Part shown: one piece after another, positions 62,801-64,000 of the stretch
Layout of the letters: every line of letters starts with the position of its first letter
Numbering within the stretch: position 1 is the stretch's first letter
Assembly (NCBI GenBank): GCA_965235115.1
Contig: OZ249452.1
Location: 13,144,001 to 13,208,000 of the forward strand
Direction of reading: 5' to 3'
From: Laetmonice hystrix
Lineage: Eukaryota
Length of the DNA: 64,000 nucleotides
The notes under the pieces: generated by a model
What the model was told of the DNA's origin: nothing
Seen by the model: the letters and a program-made list of their open reading frames with translations, nothing else
Database searches by the model: none
Translations under genes and position numbers: made by a program

Positions 62801-63260
62801 ATGCAGAACCATTGTTTGTAAAAATATGTAAAATAAAATCCAGCCCCTATTTAAAAACAAATGAAAAAAAAAGAGAAAGAAACTAAAGCTATCTGTGATC
62901 TTTGGGTGTGTATGGTCGACCCCAAGTTGTCGCTGGCTAATACTCAACCGTACGGTAAGTCTGTTAACTTCCGACAGTTTCATGAGATCACCCACTACTA
63001 GAGAGTCTCATCTTCTACTACATACATCCTCTCAGGTCAGTGCGGAAGTACGACCGCTCAGAACGAGGTCGAGCAGTCATACAACTCGGGGACCGTCTTA
63101 CTAACATCAACTCCACATCACATCATCCTACAAACTATTCAGTGATCGCAAACAGGAGGCCAAGTTCTTCTCTTACCTTAGTTCGTTGTTTGTAGCTTGT
63201 TGCCGCCTTAGCGATCGTCTGCACTTGGTCCTCCTTAGCTAGGGCATTCTCGTTGAATTC
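8470..63260 (-). CDS. MACF1: Spectraplakin (MACF1/dystonin/Short stop family), 3' portion: plakin-domain end, ~15 spectrin repeats, 2 EF-hands, GAR domain, S/P/R-rich tail; 32 exons, 2125 aa in window
   Basis: All 32 exons have canonical GT-AG ends, phases match across every intron, and the total of 6378 nt ends in TAG at 8470-8472. Diagnostic motifs: [19 protein letters not shown] (EF1), [16 protein letters not shown] (EF2), VMVRVGGGW (GAR). The symbol denotes family, not proven orthology. Confidence 0.95.
10114..10305 (-). CDS. MACF1: Spectraplakin exon 31 (Ser-rich tail, symmetric phase 1-1)
   Basis: gcttccag|(A)[13 protein letters not shown]...RREQF|gtaggt; 192 nt. Confidence 0.8.
11301..11465 (-). 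CDS. MACF1: Spectraplakin exon 30 (post-GAR tail)
   Basis: ccgtag|(A)[16 protein letters not shown]...SLSNSPS|gtaaaa; 165 nt, phase 1-1; resembles the GRTNxELRE segment after GAR. Confidence 0.88.
12600..12717 (-). CDS. MACF1: Spectraplakin exon 29 (GAR domain, second half)
   Basis: gaacag|[39 protein letters not shown](A)|gtaatt; 118 nt. Confidence 0.95.
14015..14038 (-). CDS. Candidate 24-nt microexon within GAR domain (NIYQYTVS)
   Basis: cctttctttgttttcatcttctttag acceptor; TCG|gtaagg donor; phase 0-0 and stop-free. Confidence 0.65.
14590..14724 (-). CDS. MACF1: Spectraplakin exon 28 (GAR domain, first half)
   Basis: tttcag|[45 protein letters not shown]|gtgagc; 135 nt. Confidence 0.95.
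14983..15095 (-). CDS. MACF1: Spectraplakin exon 27 (EF-hand 2)
   Basis: ctgcag|(K)[37 protein letters not shown]|gtgagt; 113 nt. Confidence 0.95.
15318..15480 (-). CDS. MACF1: Spectraplakin exon 26 (EF-hand 1)
   Basis: ctacag|[16 protein letters not shown]...[20 protein letters not shown](K)|gtaggt; 163 nt, phase 0-1. Confidence 0.95.
15837..16076 (-). CDS. MACF1: Spectraplakin exon 25 (last spectrin repeat; not in ORF track)
   Basis: ttag|[15 protein letters not shown]...[28 protein letters not shown]|gtaggt; 240 nt. Confidence 0.92.
16201..16389 (-). CDS. MACF1: Spectraplakin exon 24
   Basis: gtccag|[13 protein letters not shown]...LVKEHL|gttagt; 189 nt. Confidence 0.92.
16772..16915 (-). 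CDS. MACF1: Spectraplakin exon 23
   Basis: gagtag|[13 protein letters not shown]...TRWEQ|gtatac; 144 nt. Confidence 0.9.
17039..17164 (-). CDS. MACF1: Spectraplakin exon 22
   Basis: tctcag|[19 protein letters not shown]...IESHE|gtaagt; 126 nt. Confidence 0.92.
17324..17554. repeat. 27-bp minisatellite, ~8 copies, just inside the intron after exon 21
   Basis: Unit cggttagcagacgacgtcaaaacgcac; explains the spurious TSSANRCVL repeat ORF. Confidence 0.93.
17585..17755 (-). CDS. MACF1: Spectraplakin exon 21
   Basis: tttcag|[12 protein letters not shown]...HEALKL|gtacgt; 171 nt. Confidence 0.92.
18633..18690. repeat. 20-bp tandem repeat x3
   Basis: acctcagcatggcctgagtg repeated. Confidence 0.85.
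18955..19264. repeat. 150-bp tandem duplication
   Basis: gtcagtcatgg starts at 18955, 19105 and 19255; the two full copies are near-identical. Confidence 0.93.
19764..19923 (-). CDS. MACF1: Spectraplakin exon 20
   Basis: tttacag|(R)[14 protein letters not shown]...LTEQHK|gtaagc; 160 nt, phase 2-0. Confidence 0.93.
19924..20150 (-). promoter_or_regulatory. Candidate internal promoter and alternative first-exon extension of exon 20
   Basis: Minus-strand TATAAG at 20140-20145, CAGT initiator-like motif with A at 20113 (32 nt downstream), CpG-rich leader, and in-frame ATG at 19989-19991 (A at -3) encoding [23 protein letters not shown]. Confidence 0.45.
20861..20968. repeat. 35-bp tandem repeat with internal inverted repeat
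   Basis: ccatttcattgtcaatgtttaatgacattgactta x2 plus partial; gtcaatgt/acattgac are complementary. Confidence 0.85.
21037..21209 (-). CDS. MACF1: Spectraplakin exon 19
   Basis: cgccag|[13 protein letters not shown]...IVSQ(R)|gtaagt; 173 nt, phase 0-2. Confidence 0.92.
22011..22031 (-). CDS. Candidate 21-nt microexon (SGLDPVK)
   Basis: cttcttctaacaattcgttttcgttctag acceptor (CTAAC plus pyrimidine tract); AAG|gtttgt donor; phase 0-0. Confidence 0.55.
22442..22555 (-). CDS. MACF1: Spectraplakin exon 18
   Basis: tttcag|[14 protein letters not shown]...DIDELK|gtcagt; 114 nt. Confidence 0.92.
22986..23192 (-). CDS. MACF1: Spectraplakin exon 17
   Basis: cccaag|[13 protein letters not shown]...HKEDKR|gtaagg; 207 nt. 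Confidence 0.92.
23497..23652 (-). CDS. MACF1: Spectraplakin exon 16
   Basis: acacag|[13 protein letters not shown]...QQISDHK|gtaagt; 156 nt. Confidence 0.92.
24173..24295. mobile_element. Palindromic fold-back MITE (possibly PIF/Harbinger-derived); related fragment near 19670-19752
   Basis: Left arm ccagttcctaaaacttaagatcttgcttaag...ctgattggctg is the near-perfect reverse complement of right arm cagccaatcag...cttaagcaagatcttaagtttttaggaactgg. Superfamily is inferred. Confidence 0.75.
25479..25547 (-). CDS. Candidate 69-nt cassette exon ([23 protein letters not shown])
   Basis: cctaactttgtgtgtgtcccag acceptor with CTAAC branch point; CGG|gtaaga donor; phase 0-0 and stop-free. Confidence 0.6.
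25936..26106 (-). CDS. MACF1: Spectraplakin exon 15
   Basis: tgacag|[13 protein letters not shown]...KAERKK|gtcagg; 171 nt. Confidence 0.9.
26287..26610 (-). CDS. MACF1: Spectraplakin exon 14
   Basis: ccacag|[13 protein letters not shown]...KQYEKFM|gtgagc; 324 nt. Confidence 0.92.
26867..27022 (-). CDS. MACF1: Spectraplakin exon 13
   Basis: tttcag|[13 protein letters not shown]...HLKKLQ|gtaaaa; 156 nt. Confidence 0.9.
27136..27303 (-). CDS. MACF1: Spectraplakin exon 12
   Basis: ttttag|[14 protein letters not shown]...[13 protein letters not shown]|gtaggc; 168 nt. Confidence 0.9.
27816..27917 (-). CDS. MACF1: Spectraplakin exon 11
   Basis: catccag|[13 protein letters not shown]...IQIEELK|gtcagt; 102 nt. 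Confidence 0.9.
28300..28524 (-). CDS. MACF1: Spectraplakin exon 10
   Basis: tatcag|[13 protein letters not shown]...KFDRTLH|gtaagc; 225 nt. Confidence 0.92.
28650..28882 (-). CDS. MACF1: Spectraplakin exon 9
   Basis: actccag|(I)[10 protein letters not shown]...QEKELK|gtcgga; 233 nt, phase 1-0. Confidence 0.9.
29643..29745 (-). CDS. MACF1: Spectraplakin exon 8
   Basis: atgcag|[13 protein letters not shown]...DNAEE(I)|gtgagt; 103 nt, phase 0-1. Confidence 0.9.
30820..30939 (-). CDS. MACF1: Spectraplakin exon 7
   Basis: cccag|[12 protein letters not shown]...EQIAENK|gtaagt; 120 nt. Confidence 0.9.
31394..31603 (-). CDS. MACF1: Spectraplakin exon 6
   Basis: tttcag|[16 protein letters not shown]...RSVTTD|gtaagt; 210 nt. 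Confidence 0.92.
34489..34875. repeat. 81-bp minisatellite (two ~40-bp subunits), ~4.5 copies, with decayed copies from ~34245
   Basis: Repeating gtataacctagagagacatacttatctccatcactccctgtctaatgtagacagacatacccatctccaccactgtatatt. Confidence 0.92.
35545..36008. repeat. 156-bp tandem repeat x3
   Basis: (t/c)cttgtct starts at 35554, 35710 and 35866; preceded by an aacctaacctaac tract. Confidence 0.92.
36690..36790 (-). mobile_element. Degenerate partial copy of the V-domain-type SINE
   Basis: ggggctttacgccttcgcaacggccagggtcatat and caccggagtactcggaataaacaccgac match parts of the 40891-41157 SINE. Confidence 0.65.
37411..38199. repeat. 73/75-bp minisatellite, ~10.5 copies
   Basis: Unit cagtaacagtacaaaccccggtgttactgta(ta)ccacaagtaggaagagtccacactctgcgtctcggagtct; units differ mainly by a TA indel. 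Confidence 0.95.
40397..40890. repeat. 43-bp G-rich minisatellite (~11 copies) containing TTAGGG and CCGGAAGT
   Basis: Unit ggattagggctagggacagagcagggacagggaccggaagtag; resumes after the SINE at 41159. Confidence 0.95.
40891..41157 (-). mobile_element. tRNA-derived SINE with V-SINE-like central domain, full length, 13-bp TSD
   Basis: Minus strand: A box TGGCCGAGTGG, B box GGGTTCGATCCC, GGTTTCCTCCGGGCACTCCGGTTTCCTCC domain and (ACCC)n tail; flanked by gctagggacagag at 40878-40890 and 41159-41171. Confidence 0.88.
42077..42305. repeat. 20-21-bp minisatellite (ctgtgcacagttcttgtattc variants)
   Basis: Directly visible; explains several Cys/His-rich spurious ORFs. Confidence 0.92.
43099..43428 (-). 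CDS. MACF1: Spectraplakin exon 5
   Basis: tttcag|[11 protein letters not shown]...IRKQLDNAK|gtatgt; 330 nt. Confidence 0.93.
44344..44463 (-). CDS. MACF1: Spectraplakin exon 4
   Basis: tttgcag|[16 protein letters not shown]...QLRDHR|gtaagt; 120 nt. Confidence 0.92.
45845..46287. repeat. 39-bp minisatellite, ~11 copies, each with CATGCATG
   Basis: Unit tgttatacatgcatgtctcaatgttatgtagtatgtaca. Confidence 0.95.
47042..47334 (-). CDS. MACF1: Spectraplakin exon 3
   Basis: catcag|(G)[13 protein letters not shown]...LVQMISFA|gtgagt; 293 nt, phase 1-0. Confidence 0.92.
48904..49729 (-). CDS. MACF1: Spectraplakin exon 2 (plakin end into spectrin rod)
   Basis: tttccag|[15 protein letters not shown]...EDVVQKL(G)|gtgagc; 826 nt, phase 0-1. 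Confidence 0.95.
49760..49974. other. Assembly gap (215 N), 30 nt upstream of the exon-2 acceptor
   Basis: Run of N. Confidence 1.
50050..51950 (-). mobile_element. Heavily decayed Ty3/Gypsy-like pol relic (RNase H end plus integrase)
   Basis: Minus-strand fragments in pol order, broken by stops and frameshifts: [12 protein letters not shown] (~51850-51885, cf. PPRLQR..L.LQ), [15 protein letters not shown] (~51158-51202, cf. vIP..L..lH.gH.G), DY..YS-KYP-like (~50465-50490), KPQF (~50355, cf. DNGPQF), HPNG (~50185, cf. PQSNG). Confidence 0.5.
53440..53786. repeat. 117-bp tandem repeat x3
   Basis: gtgaccacttgaggggg starts at 53440, 53557 and 53674; preceded by a degenerate cctaac/ccctacccc tract. 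Confidence 0.93.
56186..56545. repeat. 44-bp minisatellite, ~8 copies
   Basis: Unit gtcggtacagaatgggttaagtggtccaattaatgggtgtgtgt. Confidence 0.95.
59424..59893. repeat. ~95-105-bp tandem repeat x~5
   Basis: ccgttt(g/a)tctg starts near 59424, 59523, 59628, 59723 and 59822. Confidence 0.92.
62243..62412. repeat. 85-bp tandem duplication
   Basis: actcaggtagtgtgagttataacatgacaggg at 62243 and 62328. Confidence 0.9.
63177..63260 (-). CDS. MACF1: Spectraplakin exon 1 (in window), end of plakin domain
   Basis: ctgacag|[28 protein letters not shown]|gtaaga; 84 nt, phase 0-0; resembles the MACF1/DST plakin-end segment preceding DYE. Confidence 0.8.
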
Positions 63261-64000
63261 CTGTCAGAATAACGGGAAGAGCAGACGACATTAGTATCCA
63301 CTGCTGCAGCAGACGGCTGCACTGCGCGCGTTCTCGCCTCACGACGTGAACTGAAGCAGCCGAGACCAGGCGAGGGAACGCCGACAGCTGCAGCGCCATC
63401 GAGCGGCGAGCGACTAAACTATGAATGCACCCGTGTCGGTTTTGTGAGCAATTTTGCAGTAACTTAGTGACATTGAAAACCGAAAACGCGGAAACATACC
63501 AGTGTCCGTCATACGTGCCTTGATAACCATTGGTAACCTCACTAAGTCCCTTATCCCGAAGCTAGTTCTAATTTGCGTGCAAACCTCAAAAAGCAACTTT
63601 ATCGATTGGAGACTGATTAATTGGGCAGTATTTAGGCAGGAGTGAGTATTGATCAAACTGACCTCGGAGGTGATGAATAGAAAAACAAAATACACGTGCA
63701 TGTTTATGATACGCTCTGATAACGTTAAATGGGCGGCTGTCCGCTTTAGGATCTTCCAGACGTGCCATTGTTTATTGGAAATACAGACAGCATGGTTATA
63801 TTTTCGTACACCATACGTACTCAAGTAAAAAGTCAAACAAGAAACTTAGTGCCTTGGCTACCAGAGAGTATGACAGGCATCGTAATAAGTTTCAAAACAA
63901 TTAGGTTAACATTGTTGTAACATTGAGTTGAAAATCTAGGACAATGTGACTTTATCTAGGATACCGATCCAGCAGTTTTCTGTCAGTTTTTCTAGTTCTA

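Overview
Animal (invertebrate, probably lophotrochozoan-like) genomic DNA; nothing here is prokaryotic. About 55 kb (8470-63260, minus strand) is the 3' part of a multi-exon spectraplakin gene (MACF1/dystonin/Shot family). I traced 32 GT-AG exons by hand. They join in one continuous frame (6378 nt, 2125 aa plus stop): end of the plakin domain, about 15 spectrin repeats, two EF-hands, GAR/GAS2 domain and a Ser/Pro/Arg-rich tail. The gene's 5' part lies beyond the window. At the left edge is the 3' end of a convergent Sulfotransfer_2 (CHST/HNK-1ST-like) gene. Between the two genes are a ~870-bp x5 macrosatellite rich in CTCF-like motifs and an orphan exon-like ORF. Introns carry many minisatellites, a tRNA-derived V-domain-type SINE with a 13-bp target-site duplication, a fold-back MITE, a decayed Ty3/Gypsy pol relic and a 215-nt assembly gap. 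The best leads are hidden isoform features of the spectraplakin: a candidate internal TATA/Inr promoter for a ~776-aa C-terminal mini-isoform, three frame-preserving cassette/microexons (24, 21 and 69 nt; one inside the GAR domain), and an unusually short, divergent rod/GAR/tail. All splice and isoform calls are manual predictions without RNA data. No tRNA, rRNA or CRISPR array was found.
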